In this document: in pieces, positions 36,256 to 45,574 of the stretch | How the letters are laid out: every line of letters starts with the position of its first letter | Numbering within the stretch: the stretch's first letter is position 1 | From: Candidatus Nomurabacteria bacterium | GTDB lineage: Bacteria; Patescibacteriota; Minisyncoccia; Phycocordibacterales; UBA918 | Reading direction: 5' to 3' | Length of the DNA stretch: 64,000 nucleotides | Assembly (NCBI GenBank): GCA_020632075.1 | Contig: JACKGH010000001.1 | Coordinates: forward strand, 387,216-451,215 | The notes under the pieces: model-generated | Seen by the model: the letters and a program-made list of their open reading frames with translations, nothing else | What the model was told of the DNA's origin: nothing | Databases searched by the model: none | Program-made: the position numbers and the translations under genes

Positions 36256-36549
36256 TCAGTAGTAGTCCAGCTTGCTGCCGAAACGTTCGATCTCGGAGAC
36301 GCGGAAGTTTTTGGTCTTTCCGCCATCCGCATCGACAACGACCACAAGGGTCGTTCCTTCGAACGCCGCACCAGCATCGAGTGCGATGGACTGACCATTG
36401 GTCAGAACCACGTACTTGCCGGGCATACCGTCATGAAGACCGAGCTCGCGCTTCAGTCGCCGCGCACGAAACAGTGCCTGACTCCAGCCAAGCAAGCGCT
36501 CGTGGAGCGGCTTCTGCAGCACAGCGTGGTTGCGAAGAACTTCGCCCAT
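36256..36549 (-). CDS. hypothetical protein (97 aa), last gene of GH26-GT2 operon
   Basis: Protein-like composition whereas overlapping + ORFs are Arg-rich antisense junk; no family confidently assigned. Confidence 0.4.
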   Translation of the reverse strand: MGEVLRNHAVLQKPLHERLLGWSQALFRARRLKRELGLHDGMPGKYVVLTNGQSIALDAGAAFEGTTLVVVVDADGGKTKNFRVSEIERFGSKLDYY

Positions 36550-36627
36550 AAGTCACCTCCTCAGCTACTGCTGAATTGCATTGAACATAGATCACCTACC
36601 TACAGTTTGCCAGTATTTTCCAGGCTG

Positions 36628-38049
36628 TCAAGCCGGGCACACAAACTCCTCGAACGGAATGAACCACACCTCGCCCTTTGACTCATCCGCACCCTTGCGC
36701 GATCCCCAGACACTAATGCGACCGGGTGTGAACAACGCTTGAAAGCGAATGAATTGCCACCAAGTGACCAGGACCACGAACATCGGCAACACCATGAGAC
36801 GACGCGGATGTCGTACCAGGTGCCACAGTTGCCGTGAACCAAAGGTCAGCATGGTCCCAAGGAACGAAAAGACGATCAGGAAGAACAGTGGCATAAGCGG
36901 CTCTCGCTCACTGAAGAACAAAAGCCAAAACCACCGTCCGACCAAGAACACCGTGATCAGTGTCAGCAAGAGATCCGTGTAGTACTGATACATCACGAAC
37001 CACTGCTTCCGGAACCACGAATACTTGGTCGAGATGAAGGTCAGCCACTGACTCGAGGTTGCCCAACGGCGGAAGATGCGATTGATCTGCCGAAGCCGCT
37101 TTGGCATTGAGGTCACCACAGTCGCCCGAGGGTTCATGACTGTGTGATAGCCCAACTGTTCCACTCGAAGCGTCATCTCGCGGTCATCGCCAGCATGTAG
37201 CTGCACACGACGCATACCAACAAACGGGAATGTACTTTTCAGAAACGGTACATTCCAATAGTGCTCGACGAGTTGATCCATCCAACCAACGATGATCTCG
37301 GACCGGATCATATACAACCGACCAGGCAGACAGCCAACCTGTCCAAACAACGTGCCAGCCGCCATCGACGAGCCGATACGCGAATCCTCCAGCCAGTCGA
37401 GCACCTGCAGCAATGGCGTATCCGGATTACGAATACGCTGGGCCGTGGTCACTCCACCGATCTTCGGATCTGCAAACGGCCTGAGCAGTTCACCGACAAT
37501 ATCATCGTTTGGTGTCGTGGGGACCGTGTCAGAATCGTGGAAAGCTGAAAATTCATACAGCAACCCTCGATCCTTCGCCCACTCCACCGCTGCTTCGAGC
37601 ACCTTACCCTTTGCTTCTGGGTCCTTAGCCCACCGAACGCCGTTTCGCAGATTTTTCCGCTTACTCCGCGCATTGGTCATAAAGACGTGCGCATCATACT
37701 GCTTTGCGATCTTCGCGAGCTCGATCCCCTCCTCAGGATAAATATCTGCCGCATCAATGATGCAGACGATCGCATATTTGTCGGTCCACTTCTCGTACGA
37801 AGCGCACATCAGCCTAAGCGACTCATGCATCACTGCATGATCCTCGAGATAGACCGGCATGAAGTGAGTCACACCACCAGCCGACTTTTGCATGGGGTAC
37901 TGCATGAACAGTTCCCCACGCGCCAACTTTCGATGTGCCCACCAGCCGAGTATCTGCCGCGGTATCACGATCAGTGATACGAGCAAAAACATTGAGACAA
38001 AGAGTGTGAACTCCATATAGAAGAACACATCCCTACTGAATGTGAACAT
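36628..38049 (-). CDS. membrane glycosyltransferase family 2 (processive, cellulose/chitin/hyaluronan-synthase-like)
   Basis: N-terminal TMs, catalytic region with DAAD..., GDDREMT, QRIRNPDT, FRRWATSSQW (QxxRW-like), C-terminal TMs; GGGAGGGG SD. Confidence 0.8.
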   Translation of the reverse strand: MFTFSRDVFFYMEFTLFVSMFLLVSLIVIPRQILGWWAHRKLARGELFMQYPMQKSAGGVTHFMPVYLEDHAVMHESLRLMCASYEKWTDKYAIVCIIDAADIYPEEGIELAKIAKQYDAHVFMTNARSKRKNLRNGVRWAKDPEAKGKVLEAAVEWAKDRGLLYEFSAFHDSDTVPTTPNDDIVGELLRPFADPKIGGVTTAQRIRNPDTPLLQVLDWLEDSRIGSSMAAGTLFGQVGCLPGRLYMIRSEIIVGWMDQLVEHYWNVPFLKSTFPFVGMRRVQLHAGDDREMTLRVEQLGYHTVMNPRATVVTSMPKRLRQINRIFRRWATSSQWLTFISTKYSWFRKQWFVMYQYYTDLLLTLITVFLVGRWFWLLFFSEREPLMPLFFLIVFSFLGTMLTFGSRQLWHLVRHPRRLMVLPMFVVLVTWWQFIRFQALFTPGRISVWGSRKGADESKGEVWFIPFEEFVCPA

Positions 38050-38063
38050 ATACTGTCCCCTCC

Positions 38064-39569
38064 CTAGCGAGCCAGATCGACTTCGCCACTCACTGTGAAT
38101 TGAAGACCGACGTAGTTATCTTGTCGGTCACTGTATCGATCCGGCGTTGCACCAGTAGTGAACCAGGTCTGACGACCAACGAGTTCCAATGACCAGTTAC
38201 CCCAAACCAAGCTATCGTGTGGCAGCTTACCGTACGTTCCAAGTGAAGCCTCAGCATACGTTTGGTTATTCCACCACTGCTCATTATTGTCTGGAGCTTC
38301 CACAAACCCAAACTTCAAGCCCGGGCCAGCTTCGACATCTTCAGCAATACCCCAGAGAGCACGCTGTCTCACATGACCACGGATCAGTGGACCGGCCTTG
38401 CCAAACGGCTGACCAGAGGCTGGATTGATTGCTGGATTATCAGCTTCATCAAATGGAAGCGTCATTTTAACGTAGAAGTTAAAGGGTGCACGAAAATCTT
38501 TCCGTACCGATCTTTCTTGCTCAGGCACATCAATCGTACCTGCCCACTTCTGCCGATATTCGCTCAACAGATCGCGAAATGCTCTGCGTTCAGCGTCATC
38601 AGAAAGCCCCCAGTCAATAACAACCGTATTGGAAGCCTTTCCGACTGGCACTTGACCAAAGTAGAACGTGATCATCTCGACCCGCGGAAAATCAGTATGA
38701 ATTGATTCCAACATCTTCCGGAACCACGCCACCTTCTTTCCGCCAGTACACTGACCAGAGGTCGACACCTCCGCAATATTGATCGGACCGGCGACACCTC
38801 GACGAATGAGCTCGTTGTAGATTGGACGAAACTCGTACTGAAACGAACGTTCGTACCTATACTTCGGCGCAGTACCACATCGATTGTACGTCGAAATGGC
38901 TGTGGCGGGCATAAAGCGGTTTATTTGAGCGACATACCGATCACCATCTTTTAAAACCCCTTCACCTCCTGCGTCAGTGCGATTGTAGTTCACCTCGTAG
39001 TAGCGCACGTTCACCTTTTCTCGTTCGAAAATGGAGACTATGTGACTCTCTGCTGCTACCGCCAGTTCTGGAGTGTTCCCCGTTGCGTACATGCCCCAGG
39101 GATACCAGTTGCCATTGAGCTCATGCATAACACGAAGCGCCGCCAGCTGCCGACCGTCTTTCTTGATTTTGGCCGACAGCTCATACAGCGCTTCGTCGTA
39201 CACACCAGTAAGCACTTGCCAGTGTATCCCAGCAACTTCATTACCAAGGCTCGTCGCCTCGCTTGAACCGACAGTAGACGTAACACCATCATCAACGATG
39301 ACAGTGAGGACCACTTCGTAACCATGATCAAGATACTCGCGCCGCACCCATTCGTAGGGATTAGCTCGGTTCTCATCCGACATAAGCTTGTAGTACAGGG
39401 TGGCACAGGTGATCCCCACCTCTGTCATTCGCTGCTTGTGCTCTGTCGCACTCCACATATCATCCTTGCCAAGACAAAACTCCCGTTTTGCCTGAGAAGG
39501 TGCCGCAGTGGAAACGCCCGACAAGACTAGCGAACACAGCAGTAACCACCACACATGTTTTCTGATCAT
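38064..39569 (-). CDS. secreted glycoside hydrolase, GH26-like (beta-mannanase fold) candidate
   Basis: Signal peptide MIRKHVWWLLLCSLVLSGVSTAAP; RVMHELNGNWYPWG resembles the GH26 HE(M/F)NGxW(F/Y)WWG catalytic-acid motif; AAGGAG SD. Confidence 0.55.
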   Translation of the reverse strand: MIRKHVWWLLLCSLVLSGVSTAAPSQAKREFCLGKDDMWSATEHKQRMTEVGITCATLYYKLMSDENRANPYEWVRREYLDHGYEVVLTVIVDDGVTSTVGSSEATSLGNEVAGIHWQVLTGVYDEALYELSAKIKKDGRQLAALRVMHELNGNWYPWGMYATGNTPELAVAAESHIVSIFEREKVNVRYYEVNYNRTDAGGEGVLKDGDRYVAQINRFMPATAISTYNRCGTAPKYRYERSFQYEFRPIYNELIRRGVAGPINIAEVSTSGQCTGGKKVAWFRKMLESIHTDFPRVEMITFYFGQVPVGKASNTVVIDWGLSDDAERRAFRDLLSEYRQKWAGTIDVPEQERSVRKDFRAPFNFYVKMTLPFDEADNPAINPASGQPFGKAGPLIRGHVRQRALWGIAEDVEAGPGLKFGFVEAPDNNEQWWNNQTYAEASLGTYGKLPHDSLVWGNWSLELVGRQTWFTTGATPDRYSDRQDNYVGLQFTVSGEVDLAR

Positions 39570-39607
39570 TTGTCTGATCTCCTTTTCAAAGGACTATGAA
39601 AAACACA

Positions 39608-39626
39608 GCCGGCCCAAGGGGCCGGC
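39608..39626. terminator. GC hairpin GCCGGCCC-AAG-GGGCCGGC (hairpin family variant) + T-run on minus strand; terminator of tailspike-like gene
   Basis: Read directly; TGTGTTTTTC follows on minus strand. Confidence 0.6.
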
Positions 39627-39669
39627 CACTCCTGTGCCTAAAGTACAATAGAATTATTACTATGTAAAG

Positions 39670-42600
39670 CTATTCGTTTGGAGGAGATTCGACTACTTCT
39701 TCTGGGTTTTCGTTTGCTGTTTCTTCCGCACTGACCTCGTCAGCTGGAAGAGGTTCGTTTGGTACTTCCTCCTCAATAACCTCCTCCTGCTCATCAGACA
39801 CAGCTTCGTCTTCAGAGTCTCCTGAAACCTCTTCGTCGTCTTCAATCACTTCATCTGTAGTGGTCGAAGTGTCTTCCAAAACCTCTTCCGTACCAGCAGC
39901 AGATGTCGTCGCAGTCTCTTCGTCTGTTGGAAGCACGCCAACTGGCTCAACCACCTTGTCTTCGTCATCTTCTTCAACTGGTTGTTGTTCAACTCCCAAC
40001 TCAGCTTCTACTTCAGCCAATCTCTCTTCAAGCTCGGCAATACGCTGCTGGTTGCCAGTCACAGTCTGCCAGATCTCTTGAATAGCAGTTACCACTGCCG
40101 CCAAGATCGGCCTCGTTGAAAGAGTTTTGTAGCCATCAGGATTTTCTCCCACTGCTTCTGGCAGGAAGTCTTCTATGTTTTGTGCCGAGAATCCAGCATA
40201 GATGGTGGTTTGATCATAGCCACTTTTTTCGTTCCAACTGTAACGAATTGGCCTGATACTGAGTATTTCGTCGAGCCCAGCTTCGTATGCCCCTAGAATA
40301 TTCTTAAGTCGTTCGTCGGAACTGACTGTCACATTACCGACTGCGTCAGTTTCAAGCGTACCGCCAACAATACCCGCAAAACGCACACCACTGGCTACAG
40401 TAAGCATAGCTGTTGGACTAGTGGTACCAATCCCAACATACCCGTTGGTATCGATAGTGAGACGCGAGGTGTTGTTGGTCTGGAAGCGTAACTGATGATT
40501 TGAGAAGGTGCCAAAGAAGCCTTGGAAGTCTTCCGCACGCATATCGAAGATCACGTCGTTGGTCGTATCACGGAAGCGAGCTCCGGCGCCGGCCGGCGCT
40601 ACGATATTCAAAAGTCGACTATCAGTACTGCTACCGATGTTGATCTGCCCATCGTAGATCAAGCCGCCGATCGTACTCGAAGCCACCCACTTGTTGTGAT
40701 AGAGCGGCGGCGGGGTTTCGGTCACACCATCCTCACCAACCTTCACGATCGATCCTTCTTCGATTATAAAATTATCATTACCACCATCGTCGCTGTACGC
40801 TTCGTTCATACCCCAAAGCTGCCCTTCGACTTTTACATATGACGCATTTGAGACACGCACGCCAGTCAATGGTGCAACTGGCGGATTGCTACTGTCGTCT
40901 TCACCAATAATCTGCGAAAGGCCGTTGATAAAGACAGGCGCAACTTGTGCGGTCGATGAACCAATGATCGCTACGCCGGCATATGGTGTCTCGGTACCAC
41001 CACTAGAGTTTGGTCCGTCACGGCGCGTAAGGAGGCCGTTGAAGGTTACGGTAGTTGTACCCGTCAGTGAGATACGTACGCCATGACGGTCGTTGCGGTC
41101 GGTTGAGAAGTCAGTGAACATCATACCGCCGTTGCTTGACGATCCGTCGATGTAGAGACCAGTGAGTCCATTGAATACAGCACGTGAGTTGTTGATCTTG
41201 GTTTCACCCATCGAAGAGAGGTAGATTCCTCGAAGCGCATTACCAACTGCCAAGAGATCCTCAATGTATGAGTCGTTGAGTGCAGTGGCTCGAAAGCCGT
41301 GACCATCGGCACTATAAATAGAAAGACCACGGATAGTGAACCCGCGAGGGTTACCACTACCCGTACCAACTGCCGCTTCAAAACCATTACCGGTCACCTG
41401 CGAAATATCGACGTCAGTCAGTTTCCAATCGCGCACCAAACCTTCAAAATAGACACCGTCCACATCAACGCTGGCCGAACCACCATCGAGACTGAGGTAC
41501 TCGAGTCGACCACCGTTGTTGTGGTTAGTTTCGCCTGAGATAGTGCGGTCGCGCACATGGATCAATGCTGCACCCGAGAAGGTCCCAAAGTCAGCCCGGA
41601 TCGAGCTGCGTGGTGTCGAGCTATACGACCAACGCGGTGAGTACGCACCACGAAGCGTGACTGGCGTATCGAGTACGATCGGACTTGAAATACGATACTC
41701 GCCCATTGGGAAATAGACAGTACCACCTTCGCCACACGCGGCGATCGCTGACGCGATCGCCGCGTCATTGATCGTACTATTGTCACCCACCGCACCATAC
41801 GCCTCCACGTTACACACCTGCCCACCCGTATCGACGAGTCGTGCAGTGGTCGTACCAGCCGAAAGCGTACCTGCGACAGTGAGTGTTTCACTCGGGGTAC
41901 TGGTGCCAATACCAACATTGCCTGTAAGCCGAAAGACGTCACCACTGACAGCAGACCAGTTGGCGGTTGATGAACCAGCCAAGACAACTCCACCCCAGTA
42001 CAGATCACCACCAAAATTGTAGAGGCGATTCACAACATTACTCGGTGACACTTCAGCCAAGTACAGCGCACCTGCCAAAGACAGTGAATCAGCCGGGCTG
42101 CTGGTACCAATACCAAGACGACCAGTCACGTATGAGGTACCCGAGAGGATCGCATCAGCCAGCGTCGGTGTAGTGAGTTCTGCCTGTACAAAAATATCCT
42201 GTTGCACAGCATCGACTCGCTCATAGATACGATCGACTGATTTGAGGACATAATCTCTTGTCGAAAGTGAGCTCGTCGCTTGCACTCCGTCAGCAGTCGC
42301 AATCGCTGCACTGTGTGGTAAAGAATTAATGTATTGCAACACCTCTGTGATGCGTTGATTCAGCAATGATTCTGAAACGCCCGACTGCTGGATCGTTACG
42401 TACTCGTTGGTGATCGTCTCATAAGTGACTGGGTACGTACTTGTCGCAAGCTCTGGATCTTTTTGTGTCACTGATTCACCAAGCACTACTGGATCTGGGT
42501 TTGGTTCATCGAGATGCTGGATCGGCGTAGCTACCGCTACTGATTGTGCACATCCTCCAAAGGGGCGCACCATCCATCCAAACCAGTCACAGAAAAATCC

Positions 42601-42690
42601 TTGTTCACCGGTATTCGCACTCGCAAAAAACGGTGTGGTCAGAGTACTAACCAAAAACACCACCGCTACCATCCGAAGTGCGATTCGCAT
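39670..42690 (-). CDS. secreted right-handed beta-helix (pectate-lyase-superfamily) protein with C-terminal intramolecular-chaperone (peptidase S74-type) domain and acidic low-complexity tail; tailspike/depolymerase-like (1006 aa)
   Basis: Signal peptide; VEAYGAVGDNSTINDAAIASAIAACGEGGTVYFPMGEYRI pectate_lyase_3-type N-terminal signature; long Gly/Asn/Thr-rich beta-helix region; SDERLKNILGAYEAGLDEILSIRPIRYSW...RIAELEERLAEVEAEL chaperone-domain signature; then about 120 aa of E/D/T-rich low complexity. Confidence 0.75.
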   Translation of the reverse strand: MRIALRMVAVVFLVSTLTTPFFASANTGEQGFFCDWFGWMVRPFGGCAQSVAVATPIQHLDEPNPDPVVLGESVTQKDPELATSTYPVTYETITNEYVTIQQSGVSESLLNQRITEVLQYINSLPHSAAIATADGVQATSSLSTRDYVLKSVDRIYERVDAVQQDIFVQAELTTPTLADAILSGTSYVTGRLGIGTSSPADSLSLAGALYLAEVSPSNVVNRLYNFGGDLYWGGVVLAGSSTANWSAVSGDVFRLTGNVGIGTSTPSETLTVAGTLSAGTTTARLVDTGGQVCNVEAYGAVGDNSTINDAAIASAIAACGEGGTVYFPMGEYRISSPIVLDTPVTLRGAYSPRWSYSSTPRSSIRADFGTFSGAALIHVRDRTISGETNHNNGGRLEYLSLDGGSASVDVDGVYFEGLVRDWKLTDVDISQVTGNGFEAAVGTGSGNPRGFTIRGLSIYSADGHGFRATALNDSYIEDLLAVGNALRGIYLSSMGETKINNSRAVFNGLTGLYIDGSSSNGGMMFTDFSTDRNDRHGVRISLTGTTTVTFNGLLTRRDGPNSSGGTETPYAGVAIIGSSTAQVAPVFINGLSQIIGEDDSSNPPVAPLTGVRVSNASYVKVEGQLWGMNEAYSDDGGNDNFIIEEGSIVKVGEDGVTETPPPLYHNKWVASSTIGGLIYDGQINIGSSTDSRLLNIVAPAGAGARFRDTTNDVIFDMRAEDFQGFFGTFSNHQLRFQTNNTSRLTIDTNGYVGIGTTSPTAMLTVASGVRFAGIVGGTLETDAVGNVTVSSDERLKNILGAYEAGLDEILSIRPIRYSWNEKSGYDQTTIYAGFSAQNIEDFLPEAVGENPDGYKTLSTRPILAAVVTAIQEIWQTVTGNQQRIAELEERLAEVEAELGVEQQPVEEDDEDKVVEPVGVLPTDEETATTSAAGTEEVLEDTSTTTDEVIEDDEEVSGDSEDEAVSDEQEEVIEEEVPNEPLPADEVSAEETANENPEEVVESPPNE

Positions 42691-42744
42691 AGCTCTATTG
42701 TATCAATATTATCGCTGTGGTTTTGGCGACCTGGGTACAGCAAC

Positions 42745-44277
42745 TTACGCCAACCCAGGGAAGAAATCTCGAACGATCTGACTTTTTGGAACACCTGCGC
42801 TCTGGAGTAGTTTTGTGTACGCATTGACCATTGGTGGCGGCCCAGAGAGATACCAGGTACGCTCAAGATAATCAGGTGCTCGACGCTTGAGCATTTCGAT
42901 CGTGACATACCCTTCCTCAGCTGGCGCATTCACCGCTTCCTTTGCGATCACTGGGATCACTTCAAGTGGCATGTTATCAAGGGCTGACATAAACTCATCG
43001 ACGTAGGCCAACTCATCTGCAACATTACAGCAGTAAAACAGCTTTGTGTCGTGCTTCTTGCCACTATCAACCATATACTGAATATGACTACGGAACGGCG
43101 TCACTCCAATCCCTCCCGCAATCAGACCAAGCTTCACCTCTTCATCCTTTGGTAGCACAAAGTCGCCAGCCAATTGACTCGCAACGATCTTCTCCCCAGC
43201 ATCGAGCTTCATGAGTTCACACTTGTATGAACTTCCCTTTTCTACCAGCTTAAACGCCAATCGGATCTTGTCTTCGGTCGGCGATGAAGCGATCGTAAAG
43301 TAGCGACGGGTTCCACGACTATCTGCTGCTTCGTGATGTAACATCCACTCGAGGTACTGACCTGCTTTGAAGGTGAAGCCTTTCGGTTTCGCAAACACAA
43401 ACTCCCAAGTATCCTGAGCGATCTGTCGCTTTCCTTCAAAGGTCAAAAACAACTTCTGACGGACTCGCCACGGCAGCATGATGACATTGGCGATCACTAG
43501 TGCCAATTCTGGCGAAACATACAAGAAGGAAGAAAAGATAGACGAGTGTGACAGAAAGCCGACCAATCCACCATACAACGCCTGCGGTCCTTTCATAGCT
43601 GGCATGGTGAATGGCTCAGTGAGCATGTAAAAAGCCAAGAAGAGTACTGGCCATGAAAGGAAGAAGGTGCGAACAGCTTCACTGACTGGCACCTCATGGC
43701 TGATCGACTCAGCAATGTAAATAACCAAACTGACACCTATAAATGTGAGTACCGGCACCCACTTGCGGACTTTCATTACAACCAGTGAACCAAGTATCAC
43801 AAGAGGAATGAACAATGTCGGATTCCCTACCCACCAACTAAAAGTGTAGACTCCGGTAACGCTAAGCGCGGCTGCACCAAAGGCAGCTGGATTAAGAAAA
43901 TGCTGCTTCTTGGTCACAATGACAAACTTCGAAATGACAGCGATCATCACTGCTAAGACAAGTGGCCAGTTGTCGAAGATGTTTTCTTCCGGAATAGCAA
44001 GGAAAAACAAGATCACCGCCGTAATAGCGGCGGATTCATGGTTGGCTGGTATCTTTGTTATAAGCGCGATGATCCAGTTGAGAGACAGCGCCACCAGTAG
44101 CGCAAGTGCCAGAGCAAAAATTTGTGACAGACCACTATAGGCAATCAAGCCAGTGAATCCAGCAATGATCGAACAGGCTGCGAGAGTAAAGAGGGACCCG
44201 AGAACGAGTCGATACATTCCGATCCGGTCAACGAACTGTTGCACGAAATGAAATGGTTTTGAAATTAATGTCATCAT
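42745..44277 (-). CDS. membrane oxidoreductase: N-terminal polytopic RnfD/NqrB-like domain fused to C-terminal FNR-like FAD/NAD(P)H-binding domain
   Basis: N-terminal about 270 aa with about 8 TM and FYMLTEPFTMP (resembles FFMATDPVT of NqrB/RnfD family); C-terminal RRYFTIASSP (RxYS/T FAD motif), GGIGVTPFRS (NAD(P) motif), CCNV region typical of ferredoxin-NADP reductase fold. Confidence 0.65.
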   Translation of the reverse strand: MMTLISKPFHFVQQFVDRIGMYRLVLGSLFTLAACSIIAGFTGLIAYSGLSQIFALALALLVALSLNWIIALITKIPANHESAAITAVILFFLAIPEENIFDNWPLVLAVMIAVISKFVIVTKKQHFLNPAAFGAAALSVTGVYTFSWWVGNPTLFIPLVILGSLVVMKVRKWVPVLTFIGVSLVIYIAESISHEVPVSEAVRTFFLSWPVLFLAFYMLTEPFTMPAMKGPQALYGGLVGFLSHSSIFSSFLYVSPELALVIANVIMLPWRVRQKLFLTFEGKRQIAQDTWEFVFAKPKGFTFKAGQYLEWMLHHEAADSRGTRRYFTIASSPTEDKIRLAFKLVEKGSSYKCELMKLDAGEKIVASQLAGDFVLPKDEEVKLGLIAGGIGVTPFRSHIQYMVDSGKKHDTKLFYCCNVADELAYVDEFMSALDNMPLEVIPVIAKEAVNAPAEEGYVTIEMLKRRAPDYLERTWYLSGPPPMVNAYTKLLQSAGVPKSQIVRDFFPGLA

Positions 44278-44375
44278 GTAACGTATTTAGTGTATCACTG
44301 CATTTAATTAACGAAAGCCAAATGTTCAATACCATATCAGTACGCCTGTTACAATAAATAATTTCATCTTCTTAC

Positions 44376-45032
44376 ATGCCTTATATCATTGCTGTTCTTG
44401 CTCTCGTAGTTGTCGGTGTTGGATACACGCTCTACCAACCCGAACAATCAACTGAAGAACTCGTTTCAAACACACCAACACTATCTGAACTTAAAGAAAC
44501 CATCGCTACCGAACTTGCTGAGGTGACTGACGCAACCTCTACCGACATAGTGACCCTTGCACTCGAAGAAGTAGAAGAGATCATTGCGGAAGAACCAGAG
44601 CCTGACGTTCCCGCACCAACCCCAACACCCACGATCGTAACACCGATACCTGAACCCGCGCCAGAGCCGGCAGCGCCCGTAGTAACACCTGCACCAGAGC
44701 CGGTTGTGACCACCCCGCCACCGACGGCACCTACAAACGACTTTGCTGATGGGACCTATTCTTCATCAGTAGACTATCGCGTACCAAGTCACAGTTACTC
44801 AATGGATGTCTCAGTGACCGTCAAGAACGACATCATCACTGCAGTGAATGTAGCGTATGATTCGAGCACTGCGCGCGATTCATACACCCGCCGTTTTGAT
44901 AAGTCGTATGCGAGTTACGTGATCGGAAAAGACCTCCAAGGCATCAACGTCTCACGCATTGGCGGTGCGTCGCTTACTACCAAAGCTTTCAATAAGGCAC
45001 TCGATAGCATTGAAGCACAAGCTGCTGCATAG
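44376..45032 (+). CDS. membrane-anchored FMN-binding domain protein (NqrC/RnfG-like FMN_bind), Pro/Thr-rich linker
   Basis: N-terminal TM, PEPAPEP/PTPTP linker, C-terminal about 90-aa domain ending SRIGGASLTTKAFNKALDSI matching the D-x-x-[ST]GA[TS]-x-T flavinylation-site region of FMN_bind domains. Confidence 0.6.
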   Translation: MPYIIAVLALVVVGVGYTLYQPEQSTEELVSNTPTLSELKETIATELAEVTDATSTDIVTLALEEVEEIIAEEPEPDVPAPTPTPTIVTPIPEPAPEPAAPVVTPAPEPVVTTPPPTAPTNDFADGTYSSSVDYRVPSHSYSMDVSVTVKNDIITAVNVAYDSSTARDSYTRRFDKSYASYVIGKDLQGINVSRIGGASLTTKAFNKALDSIEAQAAA

Positions 45033-45105
45033 CAACTATACTTGCAATAGTTCGCGAGTATATTATTATTGCTATATTAGTTTAAATTTTAAAGTAATAT
45101 AGATC

Positions 45106-45567
45106 ATGGCGTATATCATTGGAATCATCGTTGTAGTGCTGATCGCAGTTGGTTTTGCAATGACAAAATCAAGCGACACACCAACTACCATCACTACCGA
45201 ACCTGAAACAAGCTTACCAGTAGCTGAGACACCAGCAGTCACCGACACAGAATCAGCTGACACGATGACCACAGTGATAGCTGATGGTGTTCATACTACT
45301 GCAGTTACCTATCTCACGCCCGCCAACAATGAGTACCTACTCGACGTATCGCTCACTACTGAGAATGGCGTGATCACCGATGCAAATATCGTGTACAGTC
45401 AGGGTGCTGAAAAAGATCCAAACGCGCAGCGCTTTGAAGGAGCATACAAGGAAGAGATCATTGGCAAGAAGATCGACGAACTCGACCTGTCTCGTGTCGG
45501 TGGTGCATCACTTACTACAGGTGCATTCAATGGGGCAGTTGACAACATCCTCGCAGAAAATGCATAG
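45106..45567 (+). CDS. membrane-anchored FMN-binding domain protein, tandem paralog
   Basis: Same architecture; C-terminal SRVGGASLTTGAFNGAVDNI. Confidence 0.6.
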   Translation: MAYIIGIIVVVLIAVGFAMTKSSDTPTTITTEPETSLPVAETPAVTDTESADTMTTVIADGVHTTAVTYLTPANNEYLLDVSLTTENGVITDANIVYSQGAEKDPNAQRFEGAYKEEIIGKKIDELDLSRVGGASLTTGAFNGAVDNILAENA

Positions 45568-45574
45568 TACCTAA

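Noticed and set aside
36256-36549. PilZ (c-di-GMP binding) assignment for 97-aa protein after GT2 synthase
   Set aside because: An RxxxR-like RRLKR is present but no convincing D/NxSxxG partner motif. Context-driven guess only.
36226-36681. Overlapping + ORFs (151 aa and 106 aa) downstream of ung
   Set aside because: Arg-rich junk translations crossing the ung terminator. The minus-strand 97-aa ORF has a coherent composition and operon context.
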